Shown one piece after another: positions 30,439-43,121 of a DNA stretch of 64,000 nucleotides. This DNA comes from Utricularia gibba (taxonomy: Eukaryota > Plantae > Magnoliophyta), in the NCBI GenBank assembly GCA_002189035.1, contig NEEC01000014.1, positions 1,674,001 through 1,738,000 of the forward strand. The letters are read 5' to 3'. The notes below the pieces were generated by a model, which was not told the DNA's origin, did no database searches, and was given only the letters and a program-made list of their open reading frames with translations. How positions within the stretch are numbered: position 1 is the first letter of the stretch; every line of letters begins with the position of its first letter. A program made the translations under genes and the position numbers.

Positions 30439-32746
30439 ATGTTGGGTTTCTTGAGTAGGAAAGACGTTAGAAAGATTCTCAAGCGAAAGGACAGTGATGC
30501 TGGTGAAAGAGGTTAGTGTTTTGATCAATCACATTTGCTTGTGAAAGAATCTTAGCTTTTTCTTATTGCTGTTTGTAAGTACTCAGGAAGCGTGTTTTTC
30601 GAGTCGAGGTTGTTCTTATTGGTTTGGTGATTCGCAGAACAACCAAAAGTGAAGCAAACCTCTTGATTGCTCCAACCCAGTCAAAAAATTTGAAATTTTT
30701 CTGTTGATTTTGGTATTCAGTTCCTTCGCGTGCGTCCCCCATCTCCAGATGCGTAATTTGAATTGTGTGTATCAAAATATCCTGCCCTTTCGGCTCTTTG
30801 ATAGCATACTTCAGTAATCTGCGGATGCTGCTCCTCCATTGACCGACAAAGAAGGTGATTGCTAGCCATTGCCGTGTGTTTTGCACACCTAACTCTTAGA
30901 TCATGACTGTAGCCCACGTGAAGCTGACTAATGAATTCCTTGGGGAATTATCAATCCGCTTTCATTACAGTGGAGTAGATAAAAATGATCCGTTCGTGTA
31001 AATCCATCTTGATCCTATAACAGTGGATTCTTCTGTTTCTTTCCTCACATGATTTAATGATTTACAAGTGATCCAATGTGCAAAGAACCTTGGATGTTTG
31101 AGATGGTGAGTTGGGGTTGTTGGTATGGAGTCTATATTATATCCAGGAAGAGCAACAACTCCATGTAGACATTTTTCTCTTCCTTGTCTTATTAGCCTGG
31201 CTTGGCAAATGGTCCCAATCCTTCACCATGCTGCAACTAACATGGATTGAATGACATTATCTGCAATCTTCTCACAGGAAGAGCTTTGGAGGAGATCAGA
31301 TCCTCTTTGTTTAGTAAACTATGGTTCCTTGGCAGCACAAAACATCAAGCGCAATCGTTATGGCGTCTCACGGGTGCTCTTACATTCAATTTTTTGATTT
31401 CTGTTAGTATCATCCTGATGAACAAACTGGTAAACCGCACATATCATCCCCTATATCATGTTAGTGTTACTTATTCCAGCTCTTAGTCTCTAATCTTTGC
31501 TTTTTCTGGACAGGTACTTGTCAAGACAGGCTTCAATTATCCCATTTTCTTGACGTTCATTCACTATGCATCCAGTTGGTTGATCATGGCAGTTATAAAA
31601 GCTATGTCGATCCTCTCTTTATCTTCACCACAGAAGTCAACAAAATATACTTCCTTGATGTCACTTGGTGTAGTCATGTCCCTCTCCACTGGCCTTGCCA
31701 ATGTTAGTCTGAAATACAACAGGTGAGCACCTCCTCAGTATTAGGATTTCTTCCTCATTTTGTTGTTGCTGCAGTTCGTTTGATGCCATGTTCTCTGCCT
31801 ATCTTCCAGTGTTGGATTTTATCAGATGGCTAAAATTGCAGTCACCCCTGCCATTGTTTTAGCTGAATTTGCCCTCTTCAAGAAAAGCATTCCCATGAAA
31901 AAGGTATCCATAGATGACTACCAGTATGTGAGCATTCTCCTTCATATCATTATACAGTTCCCTTCTCCTGTTCCAGGTTCTTGCACTTACAGTAGTGTCG
32001 ATCGGAGTCGCCGTTGCGACGGTGACCGACCTCGAGTTCCACTTTTTTGGTGCTTGCATCGCCGCAGCATGGATCATCCCCAGTGCAGTGAACAAAATAC
32101 TCTGGTCTAGTCTTCAGCAGCAGGACAACTGGACAGCTCTAGCGTAAGCCATGGCTTTTGAGTTTGGTTCAGAGCAAGGGAGGATAACCATGTACTACTA
32201 CTTACAGAGCTCCCCTCTACCAACAGGCTAATGTGGAAGACGACGCCCATCACTCTCTTCTTCCTCGTGATGCTGATGCCGTATCTGGACCCTCCAGGTC
32301 TGCTCTCCTTCCAGTGGAGCCTCAGCAACTGCGCCGCCATCGGCAGCTCCGCCATTCTCGGATTCTTGCTCCAGTGGTCCGGCGCTCTGGCGCTGGGGTG
32401 AGCATCATCTCTCAGCAACATGACTCGTACACAGAGATCACATACTGTATTGGGATGCAGGGCGACTTCCGCGACAACGCACGCGGTGCTCGGGCAGTTC
32501 AAGACGTGCAGCATCCTCCTCGGCGGCTTCCTCCTCTTCGGCTCGAATCCGGGATTCACGAGCATTCTGGGAGCTGCCGTGGCCCTTGCCGGAATGTCAT
32601 TCTACACGTACCTCAACCTGCAGTCCAGAAACCAGTCGGCGAAGACGATGCTACCGGGGCAACAGACGTCCGCTCCGCTCCCCAAGTCCAAGCTCAACAA
32701 GGAGAAGGTGGAAGACTCTTCCCATGATGGAGACGAACGCGTTTGA
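30439..32746 (+). CDS. Nucleotide-sugar transporter family protein (TPT/NST; KVAG-type 'uncharacterized transporter'), 7 exons
   Basis: MLGFLSRKDVRKILKRKDSDAGERGRALEEIR, ALTFNFLISVSIILMNKL, GLANVSLKYNSVGFYQMAKIAVTP, WTALALMWKTTPIT, GATSATTHAVLGQFKTC. Confidence 0.92.
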
Positions 32747-34445
32747 CTTGAAATACTTCTGAAATATATATTTTTAATATAAATCGATCTATTTAATTTT
32801 CATAATATTTAAAAATATAATGTGTTATTTTTAATCATGATTCATATTCATTTTATAAGAAATAAATTCAACTTATATATTTAATTTTCATGATTTTAAT
32901 TAATATTTTAAAGTCAAGTCGAATTCATCTAATGATTTACTCTTTGATCAATCATGTTTTACAATGAGTTGAATTATTTAAATCTATCGTAAATATATTA
33001 TGAAAAATAAAAATAATTTTTCATATTTAATATTTTTAAAATTATTGAATCCAACTTAAAAAACCATGAGATTTGATTGAAAAATTAAAATATTCATTTT
33101 AACTATGTTGTAATTTAATTTACTTTAAAGCATTAATTTAATCTCTTTACTTTCCTCATGTAAGATTCATTTTCTAATGAGAATCAAAACTAAATATTTT
33201 AGTTCTTTTAAATGTTAAAAATAAATAAATAAAATTAATGATAAAAAAATAAAAAGAAATTCATTCTTATTCCATTTAATATGTTTAATCCTGCACTTAA
33301 TATCTAGAACCTAAAGAATCTTGAAGGTTGAATTTGACTTGGATAGAGTTTTTCCAACTTGGAAATTAAAAAATAATACATGGATGATTTGGATCTTAAT
33401 TAGGGAATCTTTTTTTGTTTCCTATTTAAAAATATTTTTTTATTCTACCATGACATCCTAATTGAAACTAACCATGACCCATTACTTCTGAATTTTTCAT
33501 TCTTGGTTATTAAAAAAATAATATAATTATTTTTCCTCCCAATATAATATTTTGGACAAGAAGAATTATTACAAAAATAACAACTTTTCTTATATTATTT
33601 ATTATTTAATACAAGGTTGGGACTTGTTGAGTGGATGACTGGAAACAGTAACCGAGACACTAATTGCGCAATTAAAATCAGCATTAATTACCATAACCAT
33701 GAGAATATTATCTTCATTTTTCATTTATTTATTAAAAAAATACAGGTATTTTTTAATAAATATTTAATTAAAATAATATCATGTTTTATAGACATGCTTG
33801 AAAAAAAAATAAACAATCAAATCTAGCTTAATTAAAAAATTCATGTAGAAAAAAGTTTTGAATCGAAAAAATAAAAAATATTTCAAACGTATTGGATTTT
33901 TTCAATAAAACTATTCGAAAAAATATTATTAAATAAAAATGTGAAAAATCAATGATTTTGGAGAAAAATTTTATGCATAAATAACAAATTCATTGCATAA
34001 TTTAGAACATATTTTTGAAAAGCATGTGTAACAAATGTGATTTTTGATATATACGTTTTTATAAACAAATCTCTATAATCCAATTTACTTGTCTTATTAA
34101 AAAAGGGGGTTATTAGGGGGGCTGGATTGTTTTCATTGGAAGGCCACGAGAGTGAAAATAATGATTATTTCCGGATATTTATTGTTATTAGAATGTTTAT
34201 CGTTATATTAATCAATATCGCAAATAATTACAAATGGGGGTTGATTCCTATACGACGTCGCATGGTAGCCAGTGCTTACCATAATTACATGATCCGTCTT
34301 AGACCCCTATACATGTAATGTGACACTAAAGTTGTGATTAACTACTAACTGGGTCAGAGAGGCAACTTCATTCATTCATTCATTATAAAGGCGTGGTGTG
34401 GCGTGGCGCATCTTCTTCTCATGTGTGGAAGGATCGCCAATCGCC

Positions 34446-35282
34446 ATGGAAGTTGAGGAGGAGAAGGTTGCTCTGGGCCTGGGGCTGGGGCTGGGGCTCG
34501 GGGACTACGCGGCTGGCCGGACGCCGGGGGCCGCCAAGAAACGGGTGCTGCTTGTGGATCTCTCCTTCCCGCTTCACAAAAGCAGCAGCGATGGAACGAC
34601 GAGCGCCGAGGATTCGAGCCAGAATCAGGATTGCAAGAGCAGTGGGTTTTTCGGGGGAAGGAGGAAGTGGATGGGAGTGGCGGGTTTTTGAAGGAGTTTG
34701 GTCGGAAGAAGCTGAGGCTTACCAGAGATCAAACCACTTTGCTGGAAGAAAGCTTCAGACATCAGACTACTCTCAACATGGTATTAGTGTTGAGTGAATC
34801 AATCGTATCTGTCTGTATTTGTGTATTTCCATTTTCTGTTTTCAAGGAAAAAAAAAGCTGGGAGTACGATATAAAGACTAGGGAGTTGTTGGTTCACTTG
34901 ACAGGCTGAGAAACAGGCTCTAGCAGAGAAGCTGAAACTGAAACCTAGACAAGTGGAGGTCTGGTTTCAGAATCGGAGAGCGAGGTAGCGTCGAGATCCA
35001 AAATTTGATTCTTTTTTTCAATTCTAAATGATCTGGAAGAAGAGTCAACACTCGACTAAATGCAGGACTAAGTTGAAGCAGACGGAGGTAGACTGCGAGT
35101 TCCTGAAGAAGAACTGCGAGAGGCTGTTGGAGGAGAATCGCCGGCTGAAGGAGGAGTTATCGAAGCTCCGGAAAGGTCTACCTGAGTTCCTGCGGAGCCC
35201 CTCGGTGCCCGATAAGACAGGGAAGCCTGAGCATAGGGGTGGCCGGGAAAAGCAGGCGGTGGTCCCGGAACACCAACCCTAA
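34446..35282 (+). CDS. Homeodomain-leucine zipper class II transcription factor; apparent 1-nt frameshift at 34653-34657; CPSCE motif absent
   Basis: N-terminal LGLGLGLGL (EAR-like), [65 protein letters not shown]. The N-terminus and homeodomain are in different frames within exon 1. Confidence 0.88.
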
Positions 35283-36962
35283 TGATCACCGTAGACGGCT
35301 TCAGTACCATTCTTCTGCTCATTTTGGGCTATGTCTATTCTTTTAAGCAGTCATCTGTACAATCCCATAACAACACGAACTCCGACAACATTTCCTACCT
35401 GTATCAGATTCTGCATTTCCCATTCTGGGAACACAGAGAGGGTTAACGTCATTCCATGGCTGCTCGATCATTAGGGTTTCATGGATAAGCTTGAGGGTGA
35501 AATATCAGATTCAGCATGAAGCAGGATGGCCAATCATAACACACCAAAAGATCAAAGTCAATGCTACAGTAACACTCGGGGTTTGGATGATAATACGATG
35601 ATTTAAGATGGAAGACCTTGGCAATTAATTAACTACAAAAGCCGTGGCAGCAGTTCTTTCCCAGAGTGATGAGCTACCAGCCATCGTCTTAGGCCAATAA
35701 TTTGATTAAATTTGGGGCAAAAATCAGCAGAATCTACTGCCATAGCTTCTATTGAACCCTAATCCCCAAGAAATCAACGAAGCTTTTAAGAATTCCATAA
35801 TCACCACTATTGAGAAACGGAAATGGAATGGTGTGTTGTAAGAAGGTGAAAGAGGTCCATCTGAAGTCGCCCAACTGATGTAAAAATTCCCATCACAGTG
35901 AATTGTTTATGTGCCCTAGCTCCCTCCTAGTTGATTCCTTACGTGGGGCAACTGCCACCGGAAGGAGTTGACCAGAGATGCCGGCCGACAAAAAGAGAAA
36001 GCCGGTAACTATTTATTTGGTGACTTCAAGTAGCAGCAGCACAAAACTCTTAAATGCAGTTGCCAAAGCCTATGTTCGTAGCCCATGTTGTGTTACCTTG
36101 CATCTGTTTCATCCCATCTACAATACAATACAATAGAGCAGCTACAGCCCCAGTTCACAATAATTATTGTACGACATAGTAGAATTATGCTACATGAGCA
36201 GAGACATATATCCTCTTTTCACCATGTCAACTGCTTCCCAATCCCAAGAACCACCAAACAAAACCCGGTTCCACTTGAGAAAAAAAGCGAATTTTTGTTC
36301 CTGTATGATTCACATCAGAAGTCCTAACAGAGATGTGGCATCACTAACATGGGAGCAGTATCAGTTTGTGTGTGAAATACAAGTTGAATGTAAAGATTGA
36401 TGAATTTTTTCACAAATATCACAGAATGATCAAATTTCCAATCGAAAAGTAAAGAAAAGATAGTATAAAAGTACATAGAAAAAAAGATGAGCATTGTTAT
36501 TGCATCTTATTTTCAGAACATTTGTCGCTGTACACGAATCGTGTTTATATTGCTGCATTGAATGTAGATGTTTTGGCATGTTTGTTTAAGCAGCAAGGGT
36601 CACAAGGATTGAGCTGAAAATCTAAGTAAACTACGAGATAATCCAGTAATATTCAAACCCACAACCCCCACCATCTGAATTGCCAAATGACCAGGTTATT
36701 GATAATCATCTTACGACAGAAGTATCTGCTCTGACTCTTGTTGGGTGAACGGTTCCTGTCTGGGTGATGCAGATGTGGTGATTGCAAACCTTCAAAACTC
36801 GTTATCCTGATTTTTAAAACAAAAAATGCTCCTCCCAATCATCACCATTAGATCAGGTTCAAAAATACGGGGTGCATAACCTAGCAATTGCTGTTGCTTC
36901 CTTGTCATTCTCAAAGAAATCATAATGGGAAGGTGGAGAGACCATCGAGGTAGGCTCGAGTA

Positions 36963-39086
36963 TCACTTCGACTTTCGGTTGCTTGACGGGCGATTCTTGG
37001 AACTTTTCTTGAAAGATTTATTACTGTTTCTGTTGAACTTGTTCGAGGTTGATGCTCCTCCTTGTTTCCTTTGCCGCTTTTCTTTCTTCACATTGTACAT
37101 GTTCACAGCCTGCAATCCAGGAAAAAAGAACAAGCAACTTAAACGACAACATGATGATTCCGAGTACTTAATATAGAAAAAGAACATGCAGCTGCAAGCA
37201 CCTTCTCTACGTTAAGGACATCATGAGAGTTCTTTGAAATCAGTTTATTCAAAACTTTCTCCGTTTGTTGCCTCTCCAAGGCACCCATTCCAGAACCTTC
37301 CACAGCTGGTAAGAACTGCAAGAGCAATAGACAGATAAATTGGTTCAAACAACTTAAATAATTCGAACTGAGAAAATATCACTTATTCAGGAGCCTTAGA
37401 AAAACCTTGCGATACTTCTTTTCATGCTTGGGAGGTTTTTCATCAGCAAATTTTTTGTCAAACTTTCCACCACTAGCTGTTGCAGTCGATGCCATCCCAG
37501 CAACATTTTGTAACTCCTCCTTGCTTATCTTTTTAGGCTTCGCCTGGGTACCCGTTATTGGTAATGCAGCAGCCGCAAGTTGGACATGGCTGTCATTCAC
37601 AAAACTGTTTATCAGGATCTATTGCATCTCATAATGCAACATGGCTTCTTATGCATACATGAAAGTTGAGCAAGTAGAAAGAATTACTTAATGTTTCAAC
37701 ACTTTTTTGTTCTACCGTCAGTTTTAAAGTTAAGTATAACCATGAGCATGCATTATAAATATTCTTGCAGGAATGCAACAAGATGTCAACAGCTTGATAT
37801 AATAGGAAGAAAGGATTGCCTTGGCAGTGCACCCATCTTTGAGGCTTGTTTCAGATTTCGTAACCTATTATTCTCTTGCTTCTCAACTCTGCCTTTCTTT
37901 TCTTTCAATCTTTGCTCAAAAGGATCTGTCCCAGGTTCTGAGAACGTAAAAGCATTATGTTTTCAGTTCAAAATCTTTAAACCAGTTTGTGCTAGAATCA
38001 ATATGCTACGTATAACTTGTAGCATGAAAATAGAGTTGATATACGAAACAAATGCAATCTATTGAAGCATGAAAAAGTTGAAACAAATTCACTGAAATAT
38101 TCACGCATACCATCAGTAGCCTTTGCCTCAATGATTGGTATATCATTGTCATCATTTACACGATCATATCCATGACGGCGCTTCCAAGTCCCAACTTGTT
38201 CATCGAAGACCAGCTTTTCCTTCTTACGCTTATTGATGCCTTCATACAAGATAACGGAAAATGTCAAAACCCAAGTAGCCACCCACCAGCTTTTTGTGAC
38301 AAGATTTTTAGAATAACATCACGGATGTGGCAGATCTAAACCAAACTATACACCACCAAGAATATTAAAATTCTCCAGCACCACGTTAATCAGAAAATGA
38401 ATAAAGTATTGTTATGCGACTTGTGCGGCACCTTTCTTAGCAGCAAACTGTTCCCACTTCGTCGGAGGCTTAGGCTTTGGGAGCTGGAAAACAAAAACAA
38501 ACAACGGCAGAATGAATTAAATACTCTTATACGGGAAACATGAAGCAACGAATGAGCAAATGCATCAACTACAACAAAGCAATCATTTCGACTGGAATAC
38601 AATTGTCAGGCAAGAAACAGTGCGAGCCAATTTCATGATGTGATTAAATTAAAATATGTTGCAAGAGCATTTTTTAGAGCCACCCACACAAAAGTGAGTG
38701 GAGGAAAAACCATCATAAACAATATAAGTACGCAGTCAGCCAAAAAAAAGAACTCACGGGTTTTGATCGGGGCATCCTGGTAGTAGGAGGGGGCAATTTA
38801 ACAATGGGGCCATCAGGGTCCGGCGTAGAGGGCAAATTAAAAAGGGCATCGGCAACTGCTTGAGCTAATACTGTCCCTTGTTCCAGCGCTTGAGTGACAA
38901 GCTCCTCCCTGCTAAATACCACAAAAAAAAAAACCAACAGAATGTGATATGGTAAGTATTCGGAGTCAATATGCTAGCGAGAGCGGAGGAGAACGAGGAC
39001 CTAGAAGACTTGGAATCGAAGTTGTAGTGCGGATTGAAGGCCATTAGATTACCCAAATCAACCTCGCACGAAGACGCCTCGGCCAT
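36963..39086 (-). CDS. RRS1: Ribosome biogenesis regulatory protein homolog, 8 exons; intron 5 is GC-AG
   Basis: [82 protein letters not shown], basic C-terminal tail. Confidence 0.95.
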
Positions 39087-39188
39087 AGTTGGAAAAGTCC
39101 CGTTCAGCGGAAAATCAGATGATATCGAGGGAGGCACTGGAACTCCAACGAAAAAACTCGGAATGAACGACCAAAATCAGATTCCCCG

Positions 39189-39310
39189 AAGGGTTTTAGC
39201 AATTAGGGTAAGAGATGAGGCACACCCCCAATTGTGTCCAGGAAAGCCCAATTACATTCGGCCTCAATTAATGGGCTTCAACACGGCACTCCAATGAAGT
39301 TAAAGGCCCA
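39189..39310. promoter_or_regulatory. RRS1 proximal promoter: telo-box-like and site II (TGGGCY) motifs
   Basis: ttagggt at 39203-39209 (ACCCTAA on minus); agccca 39245-39250, tgggct 39272-39277, ggccca 39305-39310. This combination is typical of ribosome-biogenesis genes. Confidence 0.6.
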
Positions 39311-39554
39311 ACCCAAGTGGGTTTTATTCACCAACCGCCATAAACGGCCATAATTCGCGGGGTGCAGTCAAACAGTAGCCGTCCAAGATGGCATTTCCCT
39401 CCGCCGTACAAGAGGAGGCCCCCACTCCCCGGGAAATTCAAACAAGTACAAGAATGGAAGCGCAGGGTACCTCCCGCAGTGGTGGCGGTGTAATAAAAAC
39501 CGTGGTAATAATAATTAATCATGCAGCAAAATAATAATTAATAGTCATGCAAAG

Positions 39555-39660
39555 CTTTAACTTCCAAGTCAACAAGAACATCAAGGATCCCTCGTGATTC
39601 CTCTCAATAAAAATTTGCTTTATCTTTTTCCAGCAGGGCGTCTCTCTATATATATATATA
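39555..39660 (+). promoter_or_regulatory. MYB60 proximal promoter: cluster of DOF cores plus TATA/(TA)n
   Basis: CTTTA 39555-39559, CTTTA 39618-39622 and CTTTT 39624-39628 (three [A/T]AAAG on one strand within 74 bp), then TATATA... at 39647-39660, about 60 bp before the ATG. Confidence 0.55.
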
Positions 39661-39718
39661 CACAGGGAGAGGGAGAGAGAGAAAATGCTGTGTGATCATC
39701 ATCTGGAGGAGAAGGAGA

Positions 39719-40764
39719 ATGGGGAGGCCTCCTTGTTGTGAGAAGGTGGGGATCAAGAAAGGGCCGTGGACGCCGGAGGAGGACATCGTTCTTGTCTCCT
39801 ATATTCAGGAACACGGCCCCGGGAACTGGAGGGCGGTGCCCACAAACACCGGTAAGTTTGGCATTTCAGTGCTGGGCAGTGGATTTGTGATGAAAGGGGT
39901 TTTGGATTAGGGTTTGGGTTGAAGTGGAGGAGTGTTTTGGTTGCAGGGTTGCTGAGGTGCAGCAAGAGTTGCAGGCTGAGATGGACGAATTACTTGAGAC
40001 CGGGGATCAAGAGGGGAACTTCACTCCTCATGAGGAAGGGATGATCATTCATCTCCAAGCTTTGCTGGGGAACAAGTGGGGGGCTCTTCCTTCTTCTTGC
40101 TTCTGTTCTTTGGTTCTGGTTTGATTGATGTTTATGTTACTGAATGTTGGTGTGTTTCCATGTCAGATGGGCTGCAATAGCCACCTACTTGCCGCAGAGA
40201 ACTGATAACGACATCAAGAACTACTGGAACACACACCTGAAAAAGAAGCTGAAGAAGCTTCAGTCAGACCAACAAATGCCCGCCGCCGCCGCCGCCGCTG
40301 CGGACCCCTCCACCACCGTCCACCAGTTCATGAAAAAAGCATCATACGCCGGCGGGGAATCCACCGCCGCCGACGACAAAACCCACCATCTCCATCCCAC
40401 GGTCTACGCCTCCAGCGCTGAGAACATATCCAGACTCCTAGAGGGCTGGATGAGATCCTCTTCCCCCACCCCCATCCCCAGCTTTTATCAAACCCAAGTC
40501 AATGCCGATCGCAGCGATGCGTTCGATGGGGTTCTCCTTCCCGACCATCAACCCCATCAGAGCAGCGTGACCAGCGGCGGCGGAGGATTCGATAAATCCT
40601 CCTGCGACTCCAGCCAAAAGGGATCGGAGGCCATTGATCATCAAGCCAGGACTAAAATGGAAGGCGACAGCCATCCGCCATTGTCTTTTCTCGAGAAGTG
40701 GCTGCTGGATGAAATCTCCGGGCACGGTGAAGGTGCAATGGAACTCCCATCATCATTATTCTGA
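39719..40764 (+). CDS. MYB60: R2R3-MYB transcription factor MYB60 (stomatal regulator clade), 3 exons; apparent 1-nt frameshift at 40013-40016
   Basis: [67 protein letters not shown] (as in MYB60), [29 protein letters not shown]. Confidence 0.9.
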
Positions 40765-43113
40765 ATTAATTTTTTTTTCTAAAAAAAACAAGAAAGGCTT
40801 GAATTTCTGTTTTGAATTCGTATGATCTACGTATGTACTTGTTGTTAACCATCAAGAATCATGTACACTTTCCACACTGTTGATCCTATAAACTGCATTC
40901 CACTACTTCTTATCCGCTTTCCAGAACCCTCTGGTTCTTCTGTGTTCCTTTGTCCCCTCCTTGAAAACGCCAGCCGGTGGGTACAATAAATAAAATTCAG
41001 AAAGCAAGGAGATGATGAAGCGCGTCGAGTGTACATATAAACCATCATTTATTGTTGGGGGCAATAGAAGGCGAGATGGGGACTTGAAATGAGAATTAAA
41101 TGACAGGAAAGCAAAAACATTAAATCCATGACCTTATGGGGGGGCGTATTTCAATCTGTTGAGCTACAGACAGAGCTCCATACTTTCCAATGGCTACTCC
41201 AGAGATGCAGTTCGTCTGTGAATCTTAGTTTCATGTGTGCATGCGCACTCTCAGATCCCTACCATCATCATGTAGAGTCTGTCAATGGGAGCAGCATTCT
41301 GTAATAGTTTCCCATGTTAAGTAGTCAGGCCCACCGGGATTAAGTAGTAACACAACACATCTATCCTAGTGGTGAAAAAGAAAAAGAAGAAGAAGAAGGG
41401 GCTCTACGGTAGGCATTGGCATTTTGCCTGTGTTTTCTAGTCCAATTAATTCTATGATCCGGATAGCAGAATCTGGTAGAGGTCCCCGGTCCCTTTCCCG
41501 TGCCCACTTCGCGTTCCTGAAGATGAATAGTTTTTTTTCTTTTCTTTTCTTTTCTTTTCTTTTCTTTTCATCTCTCCAGCTTCATTCCCTGAGAAGTTCA
41601 CCATCCATTCAATCATCTCTATGTATTTTATTTACCCCTCCTTGGCGTACAACATTCCCCCGAATGCGACCATTATCAATTCCTCAATCAATACCCATTT
41701 CCCACTCTCACTGCCGACGAGACGAGTGACATAACCGTGTCTCAGTTATTGACAGGATTCCATCACACCTCCTTGTCGATGTACAAATCGAAAAATATAA
41801 TCTTACTTAGACGAGTTCGTGTTTAGCAGATCCAGGATCTGAATATATCGCCCTTGTGAGCGCAATTCGAGTCTCCGAGGGTCTTTAGCAGCAGCTCCAG
41901 CAGAGCCAAGCACCACCCTTTTTGTTATTAATGGACTCCATATGTGTCGTACATGGCATTGCTATCTCCAAGCTTCTACTATTTCTTAGTCTTTTTGGTT
42001 ATGTCGACAAGCTTTTAATTAGTGGTGGACCGAGTAGATTACAACACAATCAATTCATGGCACGCGGGTGAAGCTGAGCCGACACTGGATAGAAGAGAGG
42101 GCCTCTTCTCTCCAGACCCTCCTCCATCTTCAACCTCAAGTCTCCCCTTGTCTGCTAACGCACGTTCTTTACAGATCCCATATGGGAAAACCAAATTGAG
42201 AGAGTGGAGGAATCAGCAAAAAGGCATAGGTATGGGAAAGAGAGTGCATCTGTGTAAGTTTTTACACTGGCGAGATGAGAGATGAAGAGAGCCATGTATC
42301 GCTTTTGGACAGCACACTTTCACGTAACACTTGCCTTTCCATTTGTCTTTCTCCCTGATAACACAAGGAAACATGTTACTTTTCCCCTCCCCCCCTCCTC
42401 CCCTCCCCCTATATTCCAAGAACTCGTGCTTAGATCCATCATCTCTCGTTTCTCTTATTACAAGAAACAAGAAATGCACAAGAATGTCGGTGATGGATTG
42501 ATTGCATTCACGGCCTCATCAAAACTTCCTCCCACTCCCTGTGTTGTAAAGCTACAACAGAAAGATGCTGTTATTCTTTTCATTGGGAGGGATTAAGGCA
42601 AGATACGAGGATCCTAAACTCGCTTTTTGAACATGAACAATGGTTTTTAAGGAGAGATTATGGAATTTGGACATCTCTTTCTGGTGCATTATTGTAGGAG
42701 GTACTGTAAGAGTAATCGTGGGTTGGCATGGGCATGTGATAAGCCCCACCAATGAAGGGGTTAGGGCACGCGGGGAGTATTTTTCTTCTTTTTTTTTTAA
42801 TTGGGGGGATTAGTTTGAAGTGGGGACCACATCAGGGCAGGAAAATTAAGATATTAATGTGAATAATAATACATTAAAATACATTGTTAACACACATCCT
42901 AATCGCGATGAGATGAACACATGGGTGGCTCCAAAGATTCCGATCCCGGGGCATTTATTGTTGGCTTTGACGTAGCGATTAATCACGATTTGGAAGTGAT
43001 TTGATGATTACAACGACATAAAGGCGGGGGGATTAATACTAATTACTCTGATAATAACCACCATTAGCGCTGTATTGCCCAGGAATCCGTAATAATTGTT
43101 CACTCATGCCACT

Positions 43114-43121
43114 CCACGTGG
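43114..43121. promoter_or_regulatory. Palindromic G-box CCACGTGG in the long intergenic stretch
   Basis: Exact CCACGTGG match. No target gene can be assigned and a chance occurrence is possible. Confidence 0.3.

Noticed and set aside
32750-34300. Very AT-rich spacer as a possible transposon (likewise 45200-46000)
   Set aside because: No TIR, LTR, TSD or transposase/RT-like ORF could be identified.
35300-36900. Possible extra gene between the HD-Zip II and RRS1 3' ends
   Set aside because: Short ORFs in all frames with no recognisable homology or coherent exon chain.
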